NCBI GenBank assembly: GCA_023515725.1
Contig: JALDTO010000185.1
Span: forward strand, 1 to 10,692
DNA length: 10,692 nucleotides
Source: Amoeboaphelidium protococcarum X5
Taxonomy: Eukaryota > Fungi > Aphelidiomycota
Direction: 5' to 3'
The translations under genes were made by a program, and so were the position numbers. The first letter of the stretch is position 1, and each line of letters opens with the position of its first letter. This document shows positions 1 to 10,181 of this stretch, one piece after another. The notes under the pieces were generated by a model that was not told the DNA's origin, searched no databases, and saw only the letters and a program-made list of their open reading frames with translations.

Positions 1-75
1 ATATAAGAGTTGAAACAACTGTTAATATACTTGTTATATCTCATATTCACTTCACTCTCTTATACTATTCTTAAC
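1..75 (-). other. Spliceosomal intron of the DHTKD1-like gene (acceptor probably just outside the window)
   Basis: Homology stops right after NNQIG (normally followed by Y/F-TT) at GGT T|GTTAAG. The following sequence is AT-rich, with a branch-like TATTAAC at 27-21 and then a T/C-rich stretch. Confidence 0.8.
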
Positions 76-1243
76 AACCAATCTGATTATTCACCACCAC
101 ATGAATAGATCCACCAATTGAAAAATGAGGCAGATTAGACAACCCAAGAGTTTCCATCACAACACCTTGTCCTGTGAAGGCAGAATCACCATGTAATTAA
201 ATACACATCACTCGATCGCCCAGAGTACATTCTAAACCTTCAGAGTTGGTGTCGAGCATATACATCTATTTAGCTCTCGCTTTGCCCATAGCCACCGGAT
301 TAACAGCTTCAAGATGAGAAGGATTCGGGAGCATCGTGACTTTTAATTTACGCTTATCACTCTATCCGTACTGTAATTAAACAGATTTAAACAAATGACT
401 AAGTACATCTCCAGACACTTTCAGCTCTTCAGGAAACTCGCTATGACCTTTGATCTTATGAAATATGGCAGTAGGATCGTACTGAAATAAGTCAGTCAGC
501 AGATTCAAACGTCCTCGATGTGGCATACACACCACAACTTCTTTCACACTATTCTACGATGAAGATTTAAAGAGATTATCCAGGGCAATCATCATACTTT
601 CAGCTCCCTCGAGTCCATATCTCTTTACCTGTGGGAACTTCTTGGTCATAAATTGATCAAAAACTTCACTCTTTATGAGCAACTCCAAGATTCTACGCTT
701 CTCATTGCTTGTGAAGCGGCGTTTATCAAAAGATTCAATCATGTTTGCAAACCATCTCCTCTCGGCAATATTGGGAATGTGCCTGAACTCATACGCAATT
801 TTACCACAGTACGTCTTGTCGAGATGCTTTACAATTTACTCAATTGAGGCGCGCTCCTTTGGTAATGACGGATCATCCTTCTTACCAATGTGAACTATAC
901 CGCTTAGATTGTAGGTGACACCAGGCTTATCCAAACCATACCTAGCAGGATCCAGCTCGGGAACCCTGCTCTACTTCTAAATACCAAGTGGATCCAAGTC
1001 TGCAGCCAAATGTCCATAAGACCTGTAGGCATAAACCAGTCGAAAGAGATTAGCATTATTGTTTCTGTTCAACTACTCTTCCATACTGTAATCAGGCATG
1101 CGAAAATCTCTAGAAACTCTATACCCGTAAATGTCTTTCTCATACTGGGTATCGGTAGTTTTCTTGATCGACATTAGCCTAGAATGGTTGAGGACTTATG
1201 TAGCATCACCCCAAAAAAGCAGCCTAGATCTAGCCAGAAGCAT
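76..1243 (-). CDS. DHTKD1: 2-oxoadipate/2-oxoglutarate dehydrogenase E1 (DHTKD1-like), first exon; gene continues beyond the window start after an intron
   Basis: ATG at 1243. The frame is continuous with TAR=Gln: [11 protein letters not shown] (presequence-like)...IYGYR...[19 protein letters not shown]...[11 protein letters not shown]...[10 protein letters not shown]...SGDVLSHL...[22 protein letters not shown]...[20 protein letters not shown]...HVVVNNQIG. These are ThDP-dependent E1 motifs. [20 protein letters not shown] and QxHGD favour DHTKD1 over OGDH. Confidence 0.9.
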
Positions 1244-1651
1244 ACTTGCGTCTCTTGGCACTGGGTATCAATAGAAGGCAAAGAGAAAACAGTATACACT
1301 GTAGTGGTTGGTAGGTTCGATTAAAACTAGCAATTGTACTTCAGTTTGAGAAAGAAAGAATTTGGCGACCTGAAACACAAGAGCGCTGTGAGAGAGAAAC
1401 GTCTGGATCTCGCCGAGTTAAGCGAACTGGTCAGCTCTAAGATCGTCGCGTACAGCCACTGGTCGTCAGAGTGCTACATGTAGCCTTTGCACCCTTGTCT
1501 ACAGCTGTATAACACGTTTCCTGATGTAAATTGTGGCTATATGAATACAAAAATTATACACATGAGGATGAAAGAGGTAATTTTATAAAAGATATCAAGT
1601 TATCCATCATAAGCAGAATCAGCGTCATCATAGTAACGGGTGGTAACAATT

Positions 1652-2971
1652 TCATTGAATGAGGCCAACATGGGCTGCAGCATTGTGTTCAACATTGATG
1701 CGACCTGCAATGCTTTATGTGGACAATCCACGCTTGTTAAGACCTCCGCCTGATTTAGGCCCTTTACTTGGTTTAGCGCCTCCGCTTGGTTTAGCGCCTC
1801 CGCTTGATTTGGGGCCACCAGTAGACACGCTAGATGGTTTACTTACTTAAGGCTTAGCGCCAGCCATAGCGGCTGGTTTTATTGAGGCTTTAGATGCGGC
1901 ACTTGCACCACCAACAGACGGTTGACTTGGACCGGCGGTAGTGGGCTTACTAAGCGAGCTTTTAGCACCGGTTGCAGCTTATGCTACACCTTGGGCAGCA
2001 GTGTTAAACTTATTGGTAGCGGCATCTTTCACTTGACTTGCAACATTGAGAGGGTTGAAGGATGCTCCTCCTGAATTTGTGGCTTCTTTGCTAGCTGAGA
2101 ATGGACCAAAAGACGCTGAAGGGCCAGACGTGCCACTAGCTGCAGCTGGTTACTGCTGACCGAAAGATAATCCACCTCCAAAAGGTGAGGATATTTGCCC
2201 AAATGGGCCGCCTGCCCCTACACCGCCACTGACAGATCCCCAAGGACTTGAGACAGATCCTCCGGCTCCATTTGCTCCAGCACCACCGGCAACTGTACCG
2301 AGTCCGCCAGGCGCGCTTAAAGTGCCCCCGGTACCTGATGCATCAGCAGTACCTTAAGCACCAGCATCACCAGAAGATATCGAACCGAATGGTCCAGAGA
2401 GAGAACCTTGTAACCCGCCAGGAGTCGCGCTACCTGAAAGACCGCCTAAACCACCAGGAGCCTACAGTGAACCAGAAACGCCTCCAGGTGTAGCTTCACC
2501 TTCAGCTGAGGCACCAGCTCCACCCAAACTACCAGACATTCCGCCAGGAGTCACACTACCAGAAGCAGAATTCTAGAGTCCGCTTTCACTAACTGGAGCG
2601 CTATCCTCAGAAACACTAGCGTACTGAGGCTCGCCAGAAGGTTACTAGACTTAACCGGATACACCATCAGCTGACGCCTAACCGGAGACTCCAGTCCCAT
2701 CAGGTCCATTGGCTTCACCCAATACTTATCCGTCAGTGGTCGCTGCACCAGAGACATCGCCAGTACCAGGGACACCTTGAGCAAAACCTTAGACGCCTGA
2801 ATTCGGATCTACAGATCCTCCGATAGACGCGCCAGTAAAGGGATCAGTGAGTCCCCCAGAGAGACCATTGGAGAAGAGATTTTGCAATTAGTTGAAGAAA
2901 TTAAATTGGCCGTAAACAGATGAGGATATCAGCAGAGTCTGAGCAATAACAACAGATTGCGAGATTTTCAT
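1652..2971 (-). CDS. Secreted Gly/Ser/Ala/Pro-rich low-complexity protein, 439 aa, unknown family
   Basis: ATG at 2971 to TGA at 1654-1652, 440 codons with no internal TGA. Signal-peptide-like N-terminus MKISQSVVIAQTLLISSSVYG|QF. Strong GGN/GCN/TCN codon periodicity, recurring (T/A)PGG.xGS units, Lys/Pro-rich C-terminal part. Confidence 0.85.
1743..1814. repeat. Four imperfect 18-bp tandem repeats encoding PKSSGG/AKPSGG/AKPSKG/PKSGGG-type hexapeptides
   Basis: cctccgcctgatttaggc / cctttacttggtttagcg / cctccgcttggtttagcg / cctccgcttgatttgggg. Confidence 0.85.
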
Positions 2972-3356
2972 TTTGAGATTAAGAATACAATTTAAAACTT
3001 TTAAATAACGAGTGGGATATTAAGATGATTGTAGACAGAAGAGAAATGATGATTGTGTAGTCTGTATTGCTTGATAAATCGATTGTGTTTAAAATGTGAC
3101 ATTGCCGCCCAATGATGAACGATGCAACGTTGCGTCGCCAATCACTGTGATTGAGTTTGTGTCACACTCCCAAACAGGGCACAATTTAGTACTACTATTG
3201 AGTAGTTGTAGAAGCATGTATCATATGAGACAGTACTGTATAAAATTAAATTTTAAATATCAATGCGACTTGGCAATTTCGAAAGATGCAGTGCTTGTCA
3301 ACTGATGCAATAGAAGAAGTAAGCTCCATTATTTCAACTGTTATCACATGTATTAT

Positions 3357-4475
3357 TCACCATAATCCACTTGTATCACACCTTGAGACACTTCTGCAAA
3401 TGAGCATTTGACTGCTCGAGTGCTACCTTAAAAGAATGCCAGCCTCAGCAAGTAGAGCCCTAGACTGATCATCCATAGCGTACTCAAGTCGGTAGACCAC
3501 TTCTCTCACGCCAGATTACACAATCTTCTTGGCACAGCTCAAACAAGGGCAAGTATTACAGTATAATATGGTGCCATGGTGAGATTAAGATTCCATATGA
3601 TGATATGAAATGTCGATCCTATCTCTTCCCGCCTCTAACAGAGCATTCTCCTCGGCATGCAAACACAGACACTCTTCTAAACCGAATCCTCTGTTTGACG
3701 TAATCTACTTATTATCGCTATTAGCATCAGTGCTTGAACCATCATTACAACGTTTGCAACCACCTTCATTGCAATTCTTCACTCCACGCGGCGTGCCATT
3801 ATACCCAGTTGCGATTACGCGGTTGTTACGGACCAAAATGCAGCCGACGCGTCTCTTCATGCAGTTTGAGCGATGAGCCGCGAGATCAGCAAGCATCATA
3901 AAATAGTCGTCCCATTGAGGTCTGAGAATAGTGGATAGTGACAATTTATTGGGAAATTGACGCGCCAGACTCTTGTGTAGCTCTTGGATACTTTCATAGT
4001 CATTCTATATAACAAGATCTGCCGTATACATTAGATGCGACTGCTTAAACGATCGTTCAGCATTAGCATCCCTTTGCACGAAATCCGACAGCGAATCTGT
4101 GCGCCTTTAACTACAGTGCCTCTTAAATCGCACGTCAATACAGGAATCGACAAGGACTTTCATAAAAAATGGACGTCTTTCCAATCTACACAGAATTTAG
4201 AGAAGCATTTAATTTAAATCACTGTCCACAAGTCGAGGTAGTAACACAATTATATCATATTTCCAAGCACCTTTGCGCATCAAGAACGTATCGAGAATGC
4301 TTACTGGTAATTGACTTTCCCTTGATGAACCAGCTGCTCCATCATTCAATTCAGGCTATTATTGAGGCCTAGATTAGATCAAATTCACAATTTCATCAAA
4401 CTACAGTTAATCTTTCAACCAAGTTGCAACAGTGCGTTTACCACTTTACTATAGACCAAATATGAAAAGTAACAT
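3357..4475 (-). CDS. DCD1: dCMP deaminase, fungal type with N-terminal P-loop-like domain, 372 aa
   Basis: MLLFIFGLQQSGKRTVA (degenerate P-loop)...RRPFF...LRPQWDDYFMMLADLAAHRSNCMKRRVGC...ATGYNGTPRG...CLHAEENALLEAG...LYCNTCPCLSCAKKIVQSGVREVVY...AGILLRQ. Zinc deaminase motifs HAE and PCxxC are intact. Ends at TGA 3359-3357. Confidence 0.95.
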
Positions 4476-4590
4476 ACTACTTTAATTCAGCACGTTCTTT
4501 ATTTCAATCAGAGTGAAAGAGAAGGCGTACAATACAAAAATAGGTGGTATCTACAAAATCAATCAGAAATGAGTAAAAGCTTATAATTAA

Positions 4591-5352
4591 TCATTTATTC
4601 TTCTTGGTATCACTCTTGACACCATTAGCGGTGGCAGCGGATTACTTGGACTTGCCCAGGGTGCGAAAGATGTAAAATATCGCCACAGTTAGAACGGCAA
4701 CGAGTAGAACAAACACCAGAGCCTCCACACCGACATTGACACCTCCTTTGACATTCAACATGGACACCGAGTACGCGCTAATATTCTTCACAAACAGGTG
4801 CAAATTTCCCAGCACATAGCCGCACCATCCAACAGTCTTGCCCACCAGTGAGAATGGACTCCAGATATATGCCGGAGACCATGGCGCAATCTTCTGCCAC
4901 TACTTGTCCACAATGAATTGATATAATACTTTGGCATCCCTGCCACTGGATCCACTCTACTTGCCCTTTTGCACAAAGTAAGAATCTCTAAAATCGACAG
5001 ATCTCACAGTTCTATTGTGTATGTGATACAGAGACGGGAGATAGGATACATAGAAGCGAGAGGCGACACCTGGGTTCTAATCGATATCAACCTGACCAAT
5101 TTTGATAAAATTTTACTTGCTCTCAGTAAGACGATCATCCAATTCATAATACTAAGTCTTAAATTATCTACAATATCCACACCAGTTGGCATACAACAAT
5201 ATCAGCCATTCTGAACTTGCATTAGTACTACTTTGAACCTCGCCAGGAGTGCCAACAACCAATCCATCAAAGTTGGAATCTGTAATTTCCACAACAGTCC
5301 CACAGACACAGTAGATTAAATAGATAACTAGAAGAATTACTCTGTATAGCAT
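4591..5352 (-). CDS. Thioredoxin-related transmembrane ER protein (TMX-like, PDI family), 253 aa
   Basis: Signal peptide MLYRVILLVIYLIYCVCG; VVEITDSNFD; EWLILLYANWCGYC active site; VDIDQNPGVASRFYVSYLPSLYH; C-terminal TM helix ALVFVLLVAVLTVAIFYIF. Ends ...DTKKNK-TGA, a KKxx ER-retrieval signal that appears only if TAA 4644-4642 is read through. Confidence 0.9.
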
Positions 5353-5554
5353 AATGTATTAATTATATTTGAATTAAAATAGATTCTTATCAAAAGGGAG
5401 GATGGAACAGTTGGGCGAGGTTTAGTCGGAGAGAAATGAAAGAACGCGCTTAAGTGAACTTTCTATGTCGCAGTTACAACATCAATACACTGGAAGGTGT
5501 ATTAAAAATGCCTTAAATAAGGATAATTGTTGGAATTAAACTGACTAAGAATAT

Positions 5555-6925
5555 TCAGTATTAAAATTTGCATTTGGGGAGATAGTAGGCGTCTAGTGTG
5601 TAATAAGGACGCTTGATTTTGGATTGATCCTTGTCTGACAGATCCACTTACTATAACTCAACTTCCATTCCAACCTCATTCGCGTCCATCTCAGTGATGG
5701 TGCGATAGACATCAGCGAAAAACTAATTGGTACATCCAAATCCGTTGAACCATGAAAATACGGAATGCGGCTCACTCTTGAGAAATGGCAGCACTATATC
5801 ATCTCTGAATTGCATAAACTGCTAGTAATTCTCCCCGAAGGTGTCAAAGAAGATTGAATCCAGAAGGACGCCATCTTCAGCAAGTTATTCAACTGCTTGT
5901 TAATGAGAGTTTTCAATCACACGCAACTCTACATTATTAGATTACTATGGACTAGAATTAATCCAATGCGTCTCCTTCATCCTTGATACAACATCTGGGT
6001 GAGCTTCGATAATATAATGAATAAAGCGAGTAGAAGGATACGTGGTAGATAATGCCAACATATACGCGTGTATAAATGTATCAATTATACCCAATCCAAA
6101 GCCAACGTTGAGCACGACAAATGGATCCAATTGCGTAAAGTCAAAATCTGTCTCTATAGTCTCCACAATCATACTAATCTTGTCTCTGAGTACAGATAAA
6201 TCAACAACTTCACCTGATGATAATAGATTCAAACAAATTTCATCTATAGTAATAGCAGAGGGGGATTCACCTACAATATGACAAAGTGTTTAAGCGTGTT
6301 TCTTCATCAGAGGCAGTTCCCAGTCCATCATTACACCATTACCATCATGATCAAAGAGTAATCCACCGCGCCTCTTATACTCTGCGGGATGCTAAAGATA
6401 ATCGCTAGTCTCTTCATTCTAATTAGTGATGTGCATAGAATTCAGAATAAGCTCAGAGGTGATACATTTCAATTTCAAATACTGGTAAATCTTCTCTCCT
6501 ACATTGTTTTCAACACCGCCCGCATGATATAGACGCGCCACTTCTGCGGCAGTATAACCGTTTTCACTCAAAGCATTCACAGGATGAGCGTATTCGTCAA
6601 CCAGGATCTGTACCAGCTCTAGATTGCCAATTTTACACGCGGCATGCAATGGAGTAAGATGGCCTCCTACCAGTCGATCGACCGCCGTAATATTGTCATT
6701 ATCATTAACGTCTCCACTATCAGTATCATATATTGAAGCAGTTTAAACCCACTGATGATCATTCTGGGCACCTATTTAAAGCAATCGCCGGATATCGCTG
6801 TGATCAGTAGTTTCCGGAGTATACAGATCAATCAATTTATGCAAAACAAACGCGTGTTCAAGATTATTGGTAGCCATTTCTAAATTATCTGGTATTAGAT
6901 GGTGACTTTTTCCTTCTTAAATCAT
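5555..6925 (-). CDS. RMT2: Protein arginine N-methyltransferase 2 (type IV, ankyrin repeat plus GAMT-like SAM domain), 456 aa; alternative start ATG at 6877
   Basis: Ankyrin TPLHAACKIGNLELVQILV...VNALSENGYTA; then DYLQ...GNGVMMDWELPLMKKHA, VLNVGFGLGIIDTFI, HYIIEAHPDV, IFFDTFGENY, FSWFNGFG, KRPYYTLDAYYLPKCKF. Ends at TGA 5557-5555. Confidence 0.92.
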
Positions 6926-7132
6926 AGAGCGAGAGAAATTGGAAATTTTTAGAACAATTCGATCGAGCGGGCGGGCGCGCCTTTCGTCAAAGCTTTGCAA
7001 AACTCTCTCTTCGTCTCGCCGAACAGGAGCAATGAGACTAACGACTGAAGTTGCGCAATCAGTGCGAGTCTAGTAAAATCGAATAATTCACGATAATATT
7101 CAGCTTTAATATCAATGTTATTATCAAAGATT

Positions 7133-7536
7133 TCAATTATTCTAAGCCTTGTTATAAGCCCCTACATTTTTTAAGTTGATAAGTCATAAAACGTTCATAT
7201 CAAGACTGCGTAATTACATACTTACAGTAACCAGGAATACCAAATCCAAGAATTAGTGCAGCAGTCATAGCAGTGCTCATAGAAATAGGCATTGGCTACA
7301 TGCAATTATCATAATGAAAAATTATAAATCCCGCTAGTCAATATATATAAAGAAAGCAATTAATTATCGGAAAATACCTTAAAGTCTTTTCCAATGTACG
7401 GAACGGCGTGCAGGTACTCACGTTCACGCCATTGCTGCCATGGATTGTTGTTGTGTTGGCCCAGTCCATATCCCTCAGAACGATAAAAACTCTTGCCTTT
7501 CACAGATTATAAAGCTCTAGATCCAACACGATTCAT
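7133..7536 (-). CDS. Small single-TM probable mitochondrial protein, 85 aa, 3 exons (7536-7378, 7295-7226, 7161-7133); possibly cytochrome c oxidase subunit VIIc/Cox8-like
   Basis: Spliced translation: MNRVGSRALQSVKGKSFYRSEGYGLGQHNNNPWQQWREREYLHAVPYIGKDFK|PMPISMSTAMTAALILGFGIPGYW|AYNKAQNN-TGA. Basic, acid-free N-terminus and a C-terminal TM with GFxxP reminiscent of Cox8/COX7C. The exon phases are consistent. The family call is weak. Confidence 0.7.
7162..7225 (-). other. Intron 2 (64 nt, phase 1) of the small mitochondrial protein gene
   Basis: TAC T|GTAAGT ... TATGAC ... ATGTAG|GG. Splicing restores the Trp codon and gives a nearby TGA. Confidence 0.75.
7296..7377 (-). other. Intron 1 (82 nt, phase 0) of the small mitochondrial protein gene
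   Basis: AAG|GTATTT ... AT-rich, TATTGAC branch-like ... ATGTAG|CCA. Confidence 0.75.
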
Positions 7537-7604
7537 TTTATTACTTATTTATTTTCCTACTAAACTATTACAATACACAAGTATAAATTGTAATTCTGAA
7601 ATTC

Positions 7605-7652
7605 GCAAGGAAAGATGAAGAGAGAGGAAAGAGAGAAACTTGCAGAGAGAAA
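7605..7652 (-). promoter_or_regulatory. CT-rich tract upstream of the small mitochondrial protein gene (strongest copy of a motif seen upstream of all genes)
   Basis: Sense strand TTTCTCTCTGCAAGTTTCTCTCTTTCCTCTCTCTTCATCTTTCCTTGC, about 70-115 nt upstream of the ATG. Confidence 0.5.
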
Positions 7653-7790
7653 TCCTACACTGCAATCAACTTGCCTTGTCAAGAGCGCAGAAGCTATTAA
7701 TGGGAGACAACGAGTAGATTAAAAACCTTTGCACTTAACAACAATAATAAATACAACCTTAGCGGATTTAGAGTATTCTAAGCTAAAGTG

Positions 7791-10181
7791 TCATTTTAAT
7801 TTTGATAGTTCTTGTAGTAGAATCTGATTTTTGGGATTACGCTGCAGTGCTTTATTGATGAGAGCGCGCGCCTTCATCATGCTACCAGTTTGGCGTTCAA
7901 ATTTGACATACCTGAGCCATAAATCGACACTTTGAGGGCATTTAGACGTGGCTGAAGCATATAACTGCCGAAGCTATTTAGTATCTCCCGACTACTCGAG
8001 TAAATCAGCCTTCATCAGAAGTAAATCAACAGAATTAGGATACTTTAAAAGTGCCTAGTCAAGCTGTGGCTAGAACTACTTCAGGTCACCGCTATCCTTC
8101 ATTTACGACAGAAACTGGGCTTGTAATCTATCAGACTCGATGTAATTCAGAGCATTGGCCATTATCTGTTAAGCCTTGATTTTCTCACCCAACGATGTCG
8201 TTACACTGATGTAATGAAGCCAAAAATCTTCACATTTAGGCCATTTTTGAGTACACTAGTCAAATAGATTAAATAGTTTGTCTTGATGGCGATTATTAAA
8301 CAAAAAATCAGCCACTTTGAGCAGGCTTTTGACATCGTAGAGCTCATCAGAGTCAATTGCAAGTTTAATAAGATGGTCAAAGTATTCATTCTATCCGCAT
8401 TCCAAAGCAAGATTGACAGCCCGGGAGAACCAACCAACTTCAGTTGGATATTTACGCACAAGAGTTATAAGGAGTATCAATAGACTTTCCGATTCTGAGT
8501 GTGAGAAACTATCGTCAACAATAGATTGCCACTTTTACACGGTATACAAATCAGCAGGACATTGTAATACAAATTCATAAATTAGAGCAGATGCAGTCAA
8601 CTTGTGCCCAGATTTGATACAGTTCTGGGCGTGGTTTAAAATCTATGGTACATCCAATAATTAGCTCTACATCGCCTTTTATAAACCTTTAGAAAGCACT
8701 TTTTAAATTGAACTTTGGCCGCTTTACAAATCCTCCAACCTCTTGGCAAATGATACACTAATCAGCAATAGATCGGCATCACCACATTACTGCAAGGCCA
8801 TCGAGAAACTTTAATCAATATCTTACTAAGATTCAAGTGATAAAAGCTTTTACCAAAGCAGTGGATCTTAATTTGCCATCTATACAGCCCGGTGAAGAGT
8901 GGATAGCCTCTCACTGTCGTCTTTAGCATGATCCACGCGTAACAACCATAAAGATGTGGAAGTAGGAACTTGTCTCAGAGCTTCATCCATAATCTTGACT
9001 TTACTTGCGAGATTAGATTCCATTTCAATAGCCTTGATCCATAACATTTCACTCTACCTAAGATGCGATAACGCATTACCAAGCACAAGCTTTATGCTAT
9101 CTGGACGCGCCAGTCTAACAGCATTGAGCCACAATTCTTCATTTTTAGGACATTTTATGCAACCTTATTCAAGCAATTTACGCGCCTTACCAAACTGACC
9201 ATCTTACTCTTCCAGTTACGCTGCAGCCAACCAACTCTAAGGATTATAAGGCTCAGACTCAATGACCGCAGTGAGAAGTTGTCTAGTTGTTTAAATGTCA
9301 GTGATCGATCTCAGCTACTACTGCTACTCCTTCGATTGTCCTTAAGACTATAATCCATTAAACGCAGAAGATTGCTGAGTCAATTATGAAAGATACAAAT
9401 CAGTGCGATTATCGACAGACTATTACCCAGAGATAGTATTTTTGGCCACTCTATCCAATTTAGATCTAATCAGTTCATCTTTAATGTTGATAGCGCTCGA
9501 CTATTGCTCATCACTAATCAACGGATCCACTTCATCCACATTCATAACATTGGCAGAAGCTAACTATTACTACTATTCAAAATCTACCACCTAAAATTCC
9601 TTCTTCAAGTTATTTCTGGCTGAATCGAGTATAAAGTCCTTAGTTGGACCAAAGAACTGCTTCTCTAACAGACGTTCCCTGGCGCGTTTAGACTTTCGTC
9701 CAACAGCCACCAGATCGACTGCATCCGGGATATTGGCCCATTCTTCGGCACTGATAGATTGCAACTATTATTTTAAATCATTATCCACGTGTAAAGGCGC
9801 CTATTTCGCTTACTCATGACCACTCTCCTATGTCTAGGATTGCAACTGCTTCCTCTTACGTCTATTCTACAATCGCTACTCTACTTGCGCGTATACCCTA
9901 TCAGCTTCTTCATCCTCCTTGTCCACCACAGTAAAGACATCCAAATCTTTTTAATAGTTACTATTCAACTGTCCACCACTTCTATCTGCAATCTAAAACA
10001 TTCGTCTCGCCTCCTCAGCCGCGGCTTTTATATCTACAGACTCGCCATGCTTTGGCTTCTCTATCACTCGATTAGGACCATAATCGGCACTGGTGGTAAA
10101 TCCATGAGCACCTCTTCCCAGACCTGCCACATATCCGATAGGTGCAGCCTTTCCCAAAAAATCTTTATTCCTCTAAGACAT
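7791..10181 (-). CDS. PRP6: Pre-mRNA splicing factor Prp6 (U5-102K), intronless, 796 aa
   Basis: N-terminal PRP1_N signature [30 protein letters not shown]; [18 protein letters not shown]; [11 protein letters not shown]; then HAT/TPR repeats (SWLAAAQLEE...[18 protein letters not shown]...LWIKAIEME...[15 protein letters not shown]...[16 protein letters not shown]). No in-frame TGA until 7793-7791; about 50 in-frame TAA/TAG by manual count. Confidence 0.93.

Noticed and set aside
1301-1322. tRNA-like words TAGTGGTT and GGTTCGATT
   Set aside because: They are only a few nt apart, leaving no room for an anticodon arm, and there is no acceptor or T stem.
1473-1509. Perfect palindromes GCTACATGTAGC (1473-1484) and TACAGCTGTA (1500-1509)
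   Set aside because: Palindromes of 10-12 bp are expected occasionally in 10 kb, and there is no further supporting structure.
1743-1814. 18-bp repeats as a CRISPR-like or mobile-element feature
   Set aside because: There are no spacers, the context is eukaryotic, and the period is a multiple of 3 inside a CDS.
7032-7560. Plus-strand ATG after a CT-rich patch (7003-7020) opening a TGA-free frame antisense to the microprotein gene
   Set aside because: Long open frames are common when only one stop codon exists. It crosses AT-rich introns and has no protein-like features.
76-10181. Pseudogene or degraded-region explanation for the many in-frame stops
   Set aside because: There are no frameshifts or in-frame TGA over kilobases, catalytic motifs are intact, and TAR falls at Gln positions.
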